A stretch of 63,971 bases of DNA, counting the filler, from Choristocarpus tenellus KU-1152 (Eukaryota; Protista; Phaeophyceae): NCBI GenBank assembly GCA_964200185.2. It is 11 parts of 11 records of this genome, joined end to end, with 100 filler letters (N's around TTAATTAATTAA, not from the genome) between each part and the next. Parts side by side here need not be neighbours in the genome. Positions count along the whole stretch, not along the records: positions 1 to 13,060 come from CAXNAD020001600.1; 10 more parts are not named here. One strand, written 5' to 3'. Below are positions 1 through 13,160 of this stretch, piece by piece (the stretch's first letter is position 1; the number at the start of each line of letters is the position of its first letter). The position numbers were made by a program, and so were the translations under genes. The notes beneath the pieces are model-generated. The model had not been told where the DNA came from, searched no databases, and saw only the letters and a list, made by a program, of their open reading frames with translations.

Positions 1-32
1 TTCTAAAAAACCTTGAGGTACTTTTTTAAGAC

Positions 33-100
33 CGTTTTCGCAAAACAACCATCCATACCCATAGTCCGGGGCCATCCCCAATTTTGAGGATCCCCTGTTA
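33..100. repeat. Terminal inverted repeat of a putative non-autonomous DNA transposon (family B)
   Basis: cgttttcgcaaaacaaccatcc...aattttgaggatcccctgtta recurs at 31573-31634, and in reverse complement (diverged) at 63534-63626 and 63879-63971. It ends in a TA dinucleotide here. Confidence 0.55.
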
Positions 101-639
101 TATGTACTTCATTAGTTATTTTCTCCACTCTTCGTTGGTGGAGGAATTGACCAATAATAAGGACTCCCTATGTATCAGGTTGTATACACTTTACCCCAAC
201 CCAGTTCTACTGATATTAATACTCCAGAGTAATAATATGCTACTAGAAGAATACCTTACTTGTGAGTCAAAGTAAACGAGAGGTATCCAGTTTTTCGCAG
301 TTTTGCATTTTAAGTTACTTTTGTTTTTAAGTACAAAAGTTGCTTTAGAATTAAGAAATTTTCCTACACACATTTGTACAAAATACCGAAATTTGCTTAT
401 CTTTCTCAACATCCTAAGAACGCAACCCTGGGTATCGGTTACTTTGACTCTGTACTATCTGGATTACCCTACCCGTTTATTCTTGTTGGCGTTAAAAATA
501 AAAGGATATATTCACAGTTTTGGCATTATTTGGAGTATTATTTATCCCACCATCTTCTTACTCCTCAACTATTCTTCCCACAATCAATAGTGATGATGCA
601 GGGTCGTGCTAATAGAAGAAAATATATTTTCTGTTGAGA

Positions 640-1965
640 TAAAGACGAGATCCTGGGTTCGAGCCCCCAGCATGAGCACCGTTGTTGTAATGGTGCCAAG
701 TTTTGTGTGATCGGGGTGATGAGAACCACCAGAGATGACGTCCCCAAAAGATGTGAGAGGTAAAATTGAGGCATCCTGGGCGTACGTTGACAGTCTCAGA
801 GTAGCATGCTGATCAGCCTCCACTTTGATTGGTTGTGCCCAGTCAGAGAACAGAGAACACAAGCCTGGGCTTGCTGGTTTGGATCTATAATTCATGTCGA
901 GGTTATGGCAAGCCAGTTATGCGTCTGATCCACACCTCTCCAACCTCGATGCCATAACACCAATCACAAAAGACCCTCTCCCCTCAATGTCCACACGAGC
1001 ATCCACACCTGAGGTGTCATCTTCCTCCGAGGGAGGTAACCTCTCACTACCTTTTCATGCTTGGTCCCTCTTTGCTCAACCACTCCTGACTCTCTTTGCT
1101 TTCCATCTCCATTATCCGTCCAAAAAAGAGTGACATTTATGCGTTGCTCATTTTTATGATATTGTGATCATCTATAATCACAGTGAAGATGAACCCTGTC
1201 CAACCAAACTAAACACCACCTTGTGGCATATACTCCAGAGTATATCAAACGAAGGAGAGAGAAACGTAAGTATAATCAATCCAAAAAGAAAGAGACAATG
1301 AGAAAAGCAGCTTTTTCGGCAGGTAGTGGTTAGTGTGTTTGTGCCCTCATCTGCTTGTTGTGTAGGTCTTGACTGCTGGTTTGGCATGACATACAACATC
1401 AGGTATCACACCTTCCGTGGAATGCCACTCATCCATAAAGCACTTTATTCCATCAATCACATAGTCATAACACCTGGCGAGCTATTGGTTTTGTTGTCCT
1501 TGTACTCCACCCTGGAACCATGATCCCAAACTTTTCAGGGTCCTCTCGCAGGCACGTTTTCCGGTTCTTCTCTTGTCCACCTTGCTTCAGCTTTCCATCT
1601 CCAACTTCCCCAGGCATCAATGTCTTGTCTTTGTTTGGAAGAGCTCATCCCTCATGCGTGCGTGCAACTCACCCAGCAACAGGAGTCTCCATTTTCACAG
1701 TTGCCCTTAATATTATCACACCTGTTCTTCACAACAAGGAAAGGCACCTTAGTATAACAATAAAGTGTGATCGGTGCATTACCGACTGCGAAATCCGCGA
1801 TATGTGTAGGACGAATTTGTGATGGTGAGATCGAACCTTCACATATTGGACCTGCCAGAGTGTCAAAGTCCCACAACCATCTAACAGGCCCTCCAATACT
1901 TCACCCTTAATTATGCAAATCTTAAGCCCAAGTAAAACACCTGCGGTTCTGTCGTATTGCACTTG
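640..1965 (-). pseudogene. Highly degenerate Ty3/gypsy pol fragment (aspartic protease-like region plus start of RT)
   Basis: VLEGLLDGCG resembles the retropepsin LLD(S/T)G motif. Downstream, PIKVE...RLSTYAQDAS resembles the pre-RT region. Many stops and frameshifts. Confidence 0.35.
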
Positions 1966-3430
1966 GCTGTTGTACCTACCTGCGGAAAAAACCCAGGCTT
2001 ACTGATCCTGTTGACCAGTCTAGTTTACCTAAGTGGGAACCTAGATCGGATCATATCAAATGGTTGGAATAACCCTCCAATGTCATGGTGTATACAATGG
2101 GTGAATATGGTGTGAGGGGGTGAGATCATAGATAGGTTGTTGAATAAATTGTATTATGGGCAGTATACGAGCATTAAAGGTTGAAATCATCGTAGAAACT
2201 ACTAGTGATGGTAGTAGTATTAACACCAATCAGAATGCAAGTTTTAGTGAGGAGGTGAAACAATATCCCTCGGACTCTATCCGACCACTAGATACACGAA
2301 AACATTCTCATGTCAGCAATTAAGTGTGGCGGATCGTCACGTTTGTTAACAAATCTCAACAAGTATGTTTTATTTACAAGTTGACGATATCAACACTCAC
2401 TCGCCAAAAAAGTTGCCCTAAGTAATGGAAGGATGAAGCATGGAACGCGTATTATAGACATAGGTGTCAATACGTCGTAGGAAGTCGTGCTCGCCTATCG
2501 CATTGTACCAACTATATATGGGAGGCTGCTTCTCCACCGCTTAGACCCACACAAGTTTTGTGCATGACGGATTGATGGCATTGAAGTGTCAAGAGGATCT
2601 ATAATCCTCGCTAGAAGTCCGATGGTGACCACCCCCTACTCTGATTCGTCGTATGAGATAATAGTATTTTAGCGAGTTTACACATCGTCATGGCTGTTCT
2701 AATGGTGTTGATAGTATCTTAATACTACTGTGAGAGTCATCTTGCAAAGAAGGTATACCCTGAAGGTAACCTATCTTGAAGAATCTGATATTCGTATGAC
2801 ATTTATTTGTTCTTGCTTGAAGTAAGAGCGGGTGGTTTGAAGGGACCTTACAAACCCCCCTTATTCAGTTACCACTTGTTCACTCCTTTCCCGAGTGATC
2901 TTCTGAGGGATTGCTCTCCCTCTTGACTTGTCTCTCTCCTTTTCCTTGCCTCTTGTGGGTCTTCCTGCTCCCCTTTATTACGAAGAACCCGTCGGCTTGT
3001 TTCCATCTGTTTCACATTACTACCAAAATAATAATATGTATTCCCGTCTCCACACATATTCTCATGTTTTTTTTTGTTATGGAGGGAACAAGAAATCAGG
3101 TAAAGAATCGAAGTAATACGATTAATATACCATTATGTACGTATATGGATGACACGATTCCACACGTACAGATTTGTATGTGATAGTATTGATAGCAGGC
3201 GACAACGCCTATATTATGAAAAGAACACAATTTGGTTGAAACGTCTACGACACAATCAATCACTTTGTGCCCCTTGTGAAAAACCTGAACACACCTCATT
3301 CTGTGTATCTTGACGGGAACTAGACAATATATGGCAATTATCCCTTGTATTGTGTTTGACCCAGCGTTGGTCAATTGAAGGTAATCCTCTGGCCATCTTC
3401 TTCGTCAAGACGTACATCGGACGGGGCAAA

Positions 3431-6400
3431 ATGCGAGTCCAAGAGTCATGTCGCCAACCACCGAGCGATCATGGGGGCAAGTGGACTAGTGACAATGAGA
3501 TACCTATATACCCCAGAGCGGTGGAGGCAAACCAAGAGCACATACTAGTGTCGTCTCTGAGGAGGGTTGATAAATGTGACGTGAAGGTGAGCGGGGTCGC
3601 TTTATCGTCAAGGTTCTCCTAGTTCTTCTCACGCCCAGGTGTCTTCCCTCCATTACTTACAATTGTGGGCATATTGCATTCGGTTCACATCCAACCTATG
3701 ACAGGCATCCCAAGATGCCCAGCCACACCCTACCTTCACCATACCAGCATGTCAGCAAAGGCGTCACCGCGGTGGCACTGAGCTACTCAAGGACGTGTTC
3801 CCGTCAGGTTTCTGCCCGATCAAACCCGAGCATCGCTCGCTGGACAGGTTTGACTCTCAGTTCCCGAAAAACAAGGGCATTATGCTACCAGCGGGTGCAA
3901 GGAGGTATGACATTGTCTACGAAAGCGTCGATTTTGCTACATCTAAGACAAGGTTGACCTCTAGCTCCGGAGGCTTCAAGGTCACCAGGGTGTTAATAGG
4001 TGCGCAGTCAACCATTGATATGGCGGACAACGACCTGATGCATTGTGGCCCTTCCTACGGTCTGGACAGTTATATCAGACCCGATGGGCTACACAGTTCT
4101 CTACCAGTCCCAGTGTCTCGCCTGGTTCTTGACGGATCTGCACTAAGCTCTTCAGGAACAGGCAGATTTGGGAACTCAGCCTGCAAGATGAGTCAGGCAG
4201 GCAAAGGCGGTGCCCATAATCTAAATGGGCGGGAAAGGGCCGATACTAGCCCCTCGGGTAAGCAGGGTAGACAGAAACGTTGTAACCCAAGCACTACTGG
4301 TTTGGGACTCCCACCCTCGTCCTGGCGTCTGCAGAGTGAAAGACATCTCCTCCGGGGCAAATCTCCTCCTGGGCATCGTGAAAACTCCATGATCGATATG
4401 GATAATGTTTGGGGTGACAGTCCAGTTGTTGTTGAGCAGGTGCTGGAAGATCTCACGATCAAGAACGAGAATAGTCCTTATACTCCTCAAGGAATAACTT
4501 GTCAACCTTTGCCACCAATCAGCACACTGGGCTCTGGCCTTAGAAGTGGCTTGTGCACCAATGCTAACGAGATTTCTTCGGCATCACCACAGCTTTCCCG
4601 CCATGTGGACTCTGGGCAGATCCCAAGTGTGGTATCAACAGTATCAGATATCGAGAGTCCAAGTTGCGACAGCACAAATTCAAATGCCATCAGCCTGGGA
4701 CTAGCAAGATGGAAAGAGGGCAGCTGCACAGCAAATGCCAGACCAGAAAATCAAGGACAAGCAGACTGGAGTGATGAGGAAGGGGGCACGAATTTTCAGT
4801 CAGTGCAGTCTACAGAGCAGACATGCATATCAAGCAGCACTGAAATAATGCAAGGACAGAACATAGGTAAAATAAGGTCAAGCTTTGGGCCACTGGGAAA
4901 TAGACTTTATGGGGGCAACTTGTCTAACAATGCAAAGAATATCGCCATGTCACATGTTGCTTCCCAAGGGGAGCTCTCAAGTGACTCCTATGTTGTGGAC
5001 ATGTCGCTCCTCACCAACAGGGAAAGGATCATGTCAGCAGATATCATGGCAATGATATCACTGCACACACCACCAGCACCCCCAAGTAAGGTGTGTCTCA
5101 TGCAATATACCTTATGGGTATATATATTGCCTCAAGATCATCCAGCTTATCCACCAAGTCATGTCACTGAACAAGTCCTCCTAACAAGAACATTGACAGG
5201 GCAACACCTTCCCATAGTGGCCGTCTTTATTCTGTATCAGTACAAACAACTGAATAGAGAAGAGAAATATTTCCCACACATTTCATGTAGGGCCAGAAGT
5301 GTACAGGAAAGTTATATATATTTTATAACTTCAAATATTGTACTCACAACTTTGAAGACCACGTGAAAACACACACAATCCAATGTTTAGAATCTGCCTC
5401 CGAATTGTCCAAGCACTTCCAAATGTACTTTGCAGACACCGTTCACGAGTGTGCATTATTAATACAAAAAACAGTGAGATGGAGGTAGAGATGTTGAAGG
5501 GCGAGGACATACTACTAACTCAATTCAGCATACTGTAGTGTATATGACATTCCCTTGGTACCGTTGTTACTATTCACAACTGGCCCTTACCTGCTCATCA
5601 GCATTTTCTTGAAATGTTTACTTGACTTTCAAAATGTCTTCTAAGCCCTACAGCTTTGGTTGACCTGCATCAAAGCCATCAGCAACATAAAACCCATCAT
5701 AACAACGCATTTTCGAATTTTCACGAGCACAGGGTGTTTCGGTGGTGCTCTGCCAACCATGAACTGTCCCTAATGCAGTCAGAAAGTGCCTACACACCGA
5801 CACCAGAACATATTGGATCACTGTTGGAAGCACTACCAACACCAGGCACATATGATAGTGAAGGTTCCAGAGGATCGAGAGATACAACAACTCCATCTTT
5901 TCACTTTCCACCCTTGAGCACCGCAAGGCCAAGCAGGGTCTATGTTCGCACAAGAAAAGATGTACTGCTTGCAGTTGTGAAGCATGGCGACCTCCTATCT
6001 TGCTCAAATGAGCAAGATCTGCACAGGGTAAAGGCTGCAGCACAACCAGTGCACGTGAATGTAAGGCATCCTCCAAACCTAATCCCAAACCTAATCCCAA
6101 ACACGAGAGTCAAGGAAGTGATATGAAATAAAGTAGGATTTGGGTTAGCAGGATGGTGTAGAGCTGTTAGGACTTTTTTTTATTATATATGAAGCCAGTT
6201 GCAAATTCTCCAGTAATGAAGAAATTATTCGCATGAATGGAGTTACAACCTCACAGTAGCACTACCCATTGTACCAAGCCTTCTTATGGAAGATCATCTA
6301 ATTTTGTCGTTGTAGGCTGTACACTTGTCGTCACAGTGCTGAAAAGGAGTGTAAAATATGGGGATGAATGCATGTGCTAATGTAATATCAGTTTGTGGGG

Positions 6401-8454
6401 GTCAGACGTGGTTTTGATGTACATGGAGATCCCCCTGGTGGCTCAAGGATCGAGGAAGAGAAATTCAGCACAACACAGTACAGCAAATTTGATAGGACTC
6501 AATTAGATGTCCACAATCGAGCCTTGAACTCATATGCCCTTAGGAAATTCCTTAGTTGGAAATACTCCCTCCTCATACAGAGCATACGGCATTATCTTTA
6601 ATTATAGCACCCTTATCGTACTTGCAACTGCCCACCTTCCCTACTCACCCCTAAACATGATTGTGCCAGATTTTCTACACATAATTTAGCCTTATGTTGC
6701 ACACAGCAATACCCCAGCTGAAGAAACTGAAGGATCTTCCAGGTACAGCCACAAATATGATATCAAGGGGAAACTATGTGCCTCGGTACACATACCTGAC
6801 CTGGATCTGTGCTGATACCGCAGGCTGATACCAGTTTCTCAAATGGTATAGAAGCTATCCTAGCAACTGGGGTCCAGGATCCATTACCACCGGGACTAAT
6901 TGAGATGGGGGAGGGCACTACTGCAAGGGCAGAAAGAGTAAAACAAAAAATAGCTCTGACCTACTTTCACCCTCAGACAGGCATATGGAATGAACTGTGC
7001 AATGAAAGTAACTGGTGAGTAACCATCATGTACAGTACTAGGTACAAGTACTCCTGAACAGACTCCTATGAGTTTACACTTAGGCAACTCTTTTCTTCTC
7101 ATGTACATCCTGAGAAGGTCGTGAAATCTGGGCATGTATTTTCTAAGTTACCAAAGATCGCGCATGAAATTATTTTGGGCATGGACTTGTGTGTGTGTTC
7201 GAGTGTTTGTGTTTGAGTGTGTGTATTGCTTTGACAATGTGTCTGTTTGCTGGGACATTGTAGGCCATTCTGCTGGCATGTGGAAACACCTCATGACATA
7301 GATTTATTTGAAGTAGAACATAGGTAGACTTGTCCAACATCCTGTCATATCACCACATATTCTGCTGACACGTGGAAACACCTCATGACAGAGATTTCTT
7401 TGAAGTAGAACATAGGTAGACTTGTCCAACATCCTGTTGTATCACCACATGAGTTTCATGCTTATTGTGGTTTTCACTGAAATATATTTATATATATGAA
7501 TGTACTTGAGTATGAGAAAGTCGCAATTTCGATTTCTTATTAGCCTCCTTCACAGACTCGTTTGGATCACACAGAAGAATATGGACAAAGAGAACAGCAT
7601 TGAATAATCAAGTTCTGAACCCTTCTCAAAAAAGGCACACACTGCTGGGCACTCCGAGATCCTTGGAGGGAGCAGGAGTCAGCTTTTCCCTGTGTGAACA
7701 GGGTGGGACAAAGTCGAGCAGGGAGGCAGACTTCCTTGTAACAGTTGCCCCCGCACACCAAAGGTCTATAACAGAGCGGGAATTAGGGAAAGGAATAGGG
7801 ACAAAACATCTCACGGATTCTACTGAATTCAAGTCGGTTCTTGCTATGTTGCTCAAGGAGAAGACAGACTTGTGGCCATACCACTTGCCGGTCACGCCTA
7901 GACAACTGTCCCATACTGGGAGAGAGGAGGGCAATGGAGAGGTCTCTGCCTGCAGCAAAAACAATTTTGGACTTCAGTATGCCCTCATAGGCAACAGAAC
8001 CCAGGGCAACGGCAATCTTATATCGAACAAAGATACAAGGCCTCAGAAAGTGCTTTCTACTTCCTCTGTGGTCTATGAACCTCTTGCATCTCCTTCAGAT
8101 AGTACCAAACCCCTTAGAGCTTCGTGTAAACAATCCCTAGCTAGACATAACAGACAACCAGGGCAGTTGACTCTCCAGCTGGGGCTACTACCTCGACCGA
8201 GAGACAGAGAGTCAAGCTCAAAGCGCATGTCCAATTCATCCAGAATAAAGCAGCTGGCAGCTTTCTTTGAAACTCAACTGCAGCTAAAAATGGCCAATAG
8301 GGTGCACAAAGGCATGGCTAAACGCCTAAAGGTAGAGAAGCCCTACACAAGGGAGTTGGCCAAGTGGAAGTACGATCAGATTCTGGGCATCCCTCCAAAG
8401 GCTACCCCAGGCACCAAAGCAGGAGTGTCTACCCCCTTGAAAACACCTGTTTGA
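3431..8454 (+). CDS. Large multi-exon, Ser/Pro/Gly-rich uncharacterised protein; possible frameshift at about 6811-6823
   Basis: Phase-compatible GT-AG exons at about 3431-3587, 3704-5085, 5654-6060, about 6718-7007 and about 7556-8454 link ORFs 3795, 5656, 6809 and 7600. No recognisable domain. The start codon and exons 4-5 are tentative. Confidence 0.5.
7267..7450. repeat. Intronic tandem duplication, 2 x 92 bp
   Basis: attctgctg...atcaccacat starts at 7267 and again at 7359 with few mismatches. Confidence 0.9.
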
Positions 8455-10077
8455 GAACCAATATAAATATGAGGCTCAGGGTTAAGATTATGTGTACCTC
8501 ATCAGGCATGAGAGAGACACCTCTCATCCACATTTTCATTTCTTACTCATCAGCACTTGAGTGTAAATCTTTGATCCCACTTGGACACCCTTACACCTGG
8601 ACACTGTTAGAGGCCACCTATGCTGTTTCACTTGTGACATAGTAGTATACTCTATTCTAGCGCGTTCAACACTCGAAGTGCAAATGCAGGATATCACAGT
8701 ATTGTAGGGTTACGCAGGACACCAGGTGGACTCAATGGTCATCTTAATACCTGGAGAAGACCAAGCATATCTACCCCTGACCCAAGAACTCCATTTTGAG
8801 CAAAGATTTACCATTATGTTGGGCAGGGACCCTCGACTCAACCCACAAGATAAAAAGTTATTTTGTTGGGACGCACCTAGTTGCTAATGTCTTTCCTTAT
8901 ACTCCCATTCCCAATTTACTTGAGCTGCATGGGATGAAATGCACTTTTTGTGAGATGGAAAAATGGAAAGCTCTAGTACTGGGCATATGTGGGTGCATAG
9001 TATTCTAGTGCAATGTTCTAGAGCTCCAGAACAGTAAGGATAATACGTGCCCGGTTACAATCAAAATAGAAAATAGTGATCGAATTGATTCAAGTATGGA
9101 AGCATGGGAGCAGTATTCTGCAGAGTATGTGTGTATCTTGTGCTGATCATTTTCTTCTTGTTCTTATTCTTGCTATTGTACTAAGAACATATCATATTCT
9201 CCAGAATAGTCGGATTTCCAGAGTCGTTGTTTTGGTTAACGAATGGTACACTTTTTAATATTTTTTCTTGACCCGCCCACATTTCTTACTCGGTCAAGTC
9301 CCTCAGCCCCAAATGCCCCTCCTGATTTCACAAATTAAGAATGGAAATGACACCATTGCAACTTGCCATCCTGGTATGCGGTCCATGCAGTAAGCTCTCT
9401 GTTCTCCTCTGAGAAATTAACTAACCATTGCAAGGTCTGCAGAAAGTTGTGATCTGACTGCAACAACCTTCCTGTTGTGATTGTGTTTACCTAACAGCTT
9501 CCACACTCCCAAGGAAGAAGATGAGATCATTGTCTGGTAGTGGCTGAAGCAATCGTAAGTCACTCACAGTCATAAATAATGCAAATTTGGTGCAACGCCA
9601 TCCACCCTAGATCCCTATGAAATTGCTTTGAAGTAAATCACCAAATTGTATGAGAGTGTGTGCCCCCTTCATATGTGATCGTATACTTGCAAGTATGAAG
9701 TACTCAGTGAATTACTCTGACAAGCCATGCTCTCACAGAGTGCTACATAAATCGAAAATCTTCTAGACGTATATTTCTGAACAAGTGTTATACTGCACCC
9801 TAAATTACCGCTGTTTCTTGTGGTGATAGTTGATACTCCACAGGGTATTTCCAAGTTCGGGAATGGGCGTGAGACTGTCGTTGATACAATTTGTGACTGG
9901 AGCATACCTCAAACCCCAGACGATTCAGGCAATAACTTTTGGCAGGCTTCAATCCTGATAGTGCCAATTCTTATCTGAAGTGGGATGTCACACATAAGGC
10001 TCCAGCACAGCTCATGTTATTAATTACTCTACAAGTCGCCTCCGGCGACGCCAAAAATGGCTTGAATCAATTATCCA

Positions 10078-10842
10078 CTACTCATCGTCATCCCAACCAC
10101 AATCCTCTTTGGGGGTGCCAAATTCTTGCCTCCGGTCGTGTACAAAACCCGGTTCACCGGGAAGTAAGGCGTTAGCCTCGAACGTGGTATTCATGCGCCT
10201 CTTTGCATCAAGAAGCTCCTGCTCCGACACTTTATTGAGGTCCCCCACATCCAAGGAGGTGGGTTTAGTAGCACCGCCTTCCTCCATCCCACATAACATA
10301 GAGGTTACAAACCCTTCAGGGTCCACTGCGTCTACGTCCATGTTCATCGCGTCCGCAACTGACTGACTGGAAGAAAGGGGACGAGGTGACCGAACGATAA
10401 TACTAGGTCGTCTCCAGTCTAATCCCGTAGTCTGGTTATTTGCGTGGATGACGTTGTCGTGTATTCCACTTTTTTCGAGTTGGGCTAGGTCTTGGATCTT
10501 CTTTCCCATATCTGCTCCTCTGCTCTTCAGGTGTATCGTTCGCACAAGGCGAGTAAGCTGTTCGTGCTGTACCTTTGAGAGGTAGGCAGGATAGGCTTCA
10601 ATCAACTTCTGTGCCACAACACCGGTGTCCTGTAGAAAAATGTGTCGTTGGTGAAAATCAGCCTGGATAGAGAAGGTATCATCACCAAAATATGGGAGAG
10701 TTCAAACTCATCAACTCACATATGTTGAACCCCAATTCTTGACATTAAATATCTTACGTCGGATAGCATCCGAACCTTCAATACCATACTCAAGCAGGAT
10801 TGCAGGTGGATCATTCCTGACAGCAAGTCTCCGTGGCTGCAT
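10078..10842 (-). CDS. CEP19: Centrosomal protein CEP19-like; exons 10842-10720 and 10629-10078
   Basis: N-terminus MQPRRLAVRNDPPAILLEY...RRKIFNVKNW and YPAYLSKVQHEQLTRLV, and C-terminus DLNKVSEQELLDAKRRMNTTFEANALLPGEPGFVHD...CGWD, match the conserved CEP19 blocks. One phase-0 GT-AG intron. Confidence 0.88.
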
Positions 10843-13060
10843 TGCCACTAGAGAGGCCTTGATTCAACGAATCGTCAGTGGTGAGGACCAAAAACGTTTC
10901 ACGAATATTCCAGCGCAATAAAAGTAGGGCAACGCGCGCGTCCACCCATCCACATATACTACTGTACCTCACCAAGGTCGGTTCAAAATTCGAATCACTT
11001 GTCAACGGTAAGCGGCACTCACATGGAGTATTTCGTGAGTCAACGCACAACATATTGTAGGTCAAAATCGAAAGTACCAAAATCAATTTTATGCACACAA
11101 TAAATTGTATGTGGGTATTCATAAATCATAAAAATACTACTACTTGGAAACCTATTTTGGATCCCGTTGTTGTTCTCTCTGCCCTTTTCTAACACTACTG
11201 TCCACTTGTAAATAGCTTTTCCAGGAAATGAACGAACATGTGAGGTTGTGATCAACGGAGTCCTGGTCAAAACGGACCGGGGTGGAGGTTTCAATACGCT
11301 CACGTTAAGCACACGTGGATTGCAGCGTCAAATAAATGACCACCACTTTGACTATCTATTGTGTATGATTTAGTTACCAAGAGTGATCCCGAACAATTTC
11401 ATAAAAGACGAGAGTAAAACCTGGACCCTCGACATGGGTTTGATCAATGACTCCAATAAGAAGGACAATAGAGACTAGAATCAATACTTCTTTCCACTTC
11501 TTAATATCCTTCGTTGCTTGTCCCTAAATCACCAACAAAATCTCCACCTGGCCTTGCTGTTACGAGAAACTCCTGACAACAAATAAAGTTCTAGTGCAAG
11601 TGGAAGATCTCCCCCACCATGGAACTGGAAAGCTCGAGGGTTGCAACCGAGAAGGATAAGTAACATCCCTACCAGAACACGGCTCCCCAAGTGTTCCCAT
11701 AATTGTGGAAAATTACTCCAAGTGGGGTCGGATGCGCTTCAAACCAGTGCTAGTTGATAGATAATCACGTAGGGGTTGTGGATAAAAAATGAGGATGTCA
11801 ATATAATAATAAGATCACTAACACCTGTTTATGACCCCAGCCTACACTTTATCTCTTGCTTGTGAAATGGCCTTGAGTTTCCTTATACTCAAATCAATTA
11901 TCCTTGCAATGACTGTTGGCTATTGAACATGTTTGTAGTATTATAATTAATTGTACATCTAGAGTCAAAACAACTGAGAGGTAGGAAGGGTTGCTTTTTA
12001 AGGATCCCGATAGATGACAAAAAGAGGCCATTTTGTACCATTCCAGAAAAAGTATGCTGAAATGTGGTGCCACTTTGTGTGTGGAAAAGGGAAATGCCAA
12101 TATTTCGTACACTATTGTGCACATAAACCAAGGAGATAGAGTGTACTGCACACGGTAAGAAAGATGGCTTAGAATACAAAAAGGCCCAAACCTGCCTACC
12201 TCTCAATTGGTTTTCTCCTGCGCATTATCCAGTACATTGAGTATAGAATATACTGTGCATCACCTCCTCTTTTTCCTAACCTCCCCCTTCTTTCTGTTGT
12301 TCCTCGAAGGTCCCCTTGCATGATATCGTGAGTTATGATGGTCAAGTTTAGGCCTAACGATCAATCATTGCCCTTGACAATGTACAGCATCCCCAGGGTC
12401 ATGATGGATGCTTATATGAACGACCGATCACAGTAAGAAGCTACTCAGGCCAGCTGTGTTGAAGAGGTTCAACATGGTGATAGAGGAAAACACTATCAAC
12501 TTTTAAAATATGTTCATACACATATGCTGAGCATGAGTTCCCTCTTTGAGATCAATCCACCTCTGCCACAAATTTCCTTCCTTATCCTTGACGTGATTTG
12601 CATTTTTTTTTCCCGTCTCACTTCTCATTTCTGCCTTCTACATTTTATTGAGTGTTTCTCCTTTCTTGATTAACTTTTTCTGACCACGGTGTCGTTTCCA
12701 TTGGACTATGAAATTATTAATATGAGCACTTATTGCAGCAACGGCTCATCTGTGGGTATGCTTCGTAACCCTAAGTGCACATTCATGATGAAACACAAAT
12801 ATATCGTACTTCGAAGATTCACTGACCTTTTCCGAGCGTTCGCCTGTCCTGTTATTTTCTCTACCATACTGGGTGTATTGTAGCTCTAATGACAATTGGT
12901 CCATCCCACGTTTCATCAAGCAAGATCCTTGGTTCCCTATATCCTCCTCTGGTACGATAGTATATTATTCCCCTTTCTTCTAACATCCTTCTCTCAAGGT
13001 ATGTATGGGGGGGGGGGGGTCTACACACGGGTGTCCATCCGGCCCCCCCCCAGGAGAAGG

Positions 13061-13160
13061 NNNNNNNNNNNNNNNNNNNNNNNNNNNNNNNNNNNNNNNN
13101 NNNNTTAATTAATTAANNNNNNNNNNNNNNNNNNNNNNNNNNNNNNNNNNNNNNNNNNNN
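13061..13160. other. Artificial assembly linker N44-TTAATTAATTAA-N44 (also at 25013, 31473, 34748, 37715, 44010, 47165, 51442, 57171, 61251)
   Basis: Ten identical 100-nt spacers with stop codons in all six frames. Confidence 0.98.

Noticed and set aside
11300-13000. Continuation of the formin FH2 domain
   Set aside because: No FH2 motifs were found; the region looks like degenerate repeat sequence.
13105-13116. TTAATTAATTAA palindrome recurring ten times
   Set aside because: Artificial stop-codon linker embedded in N runs.
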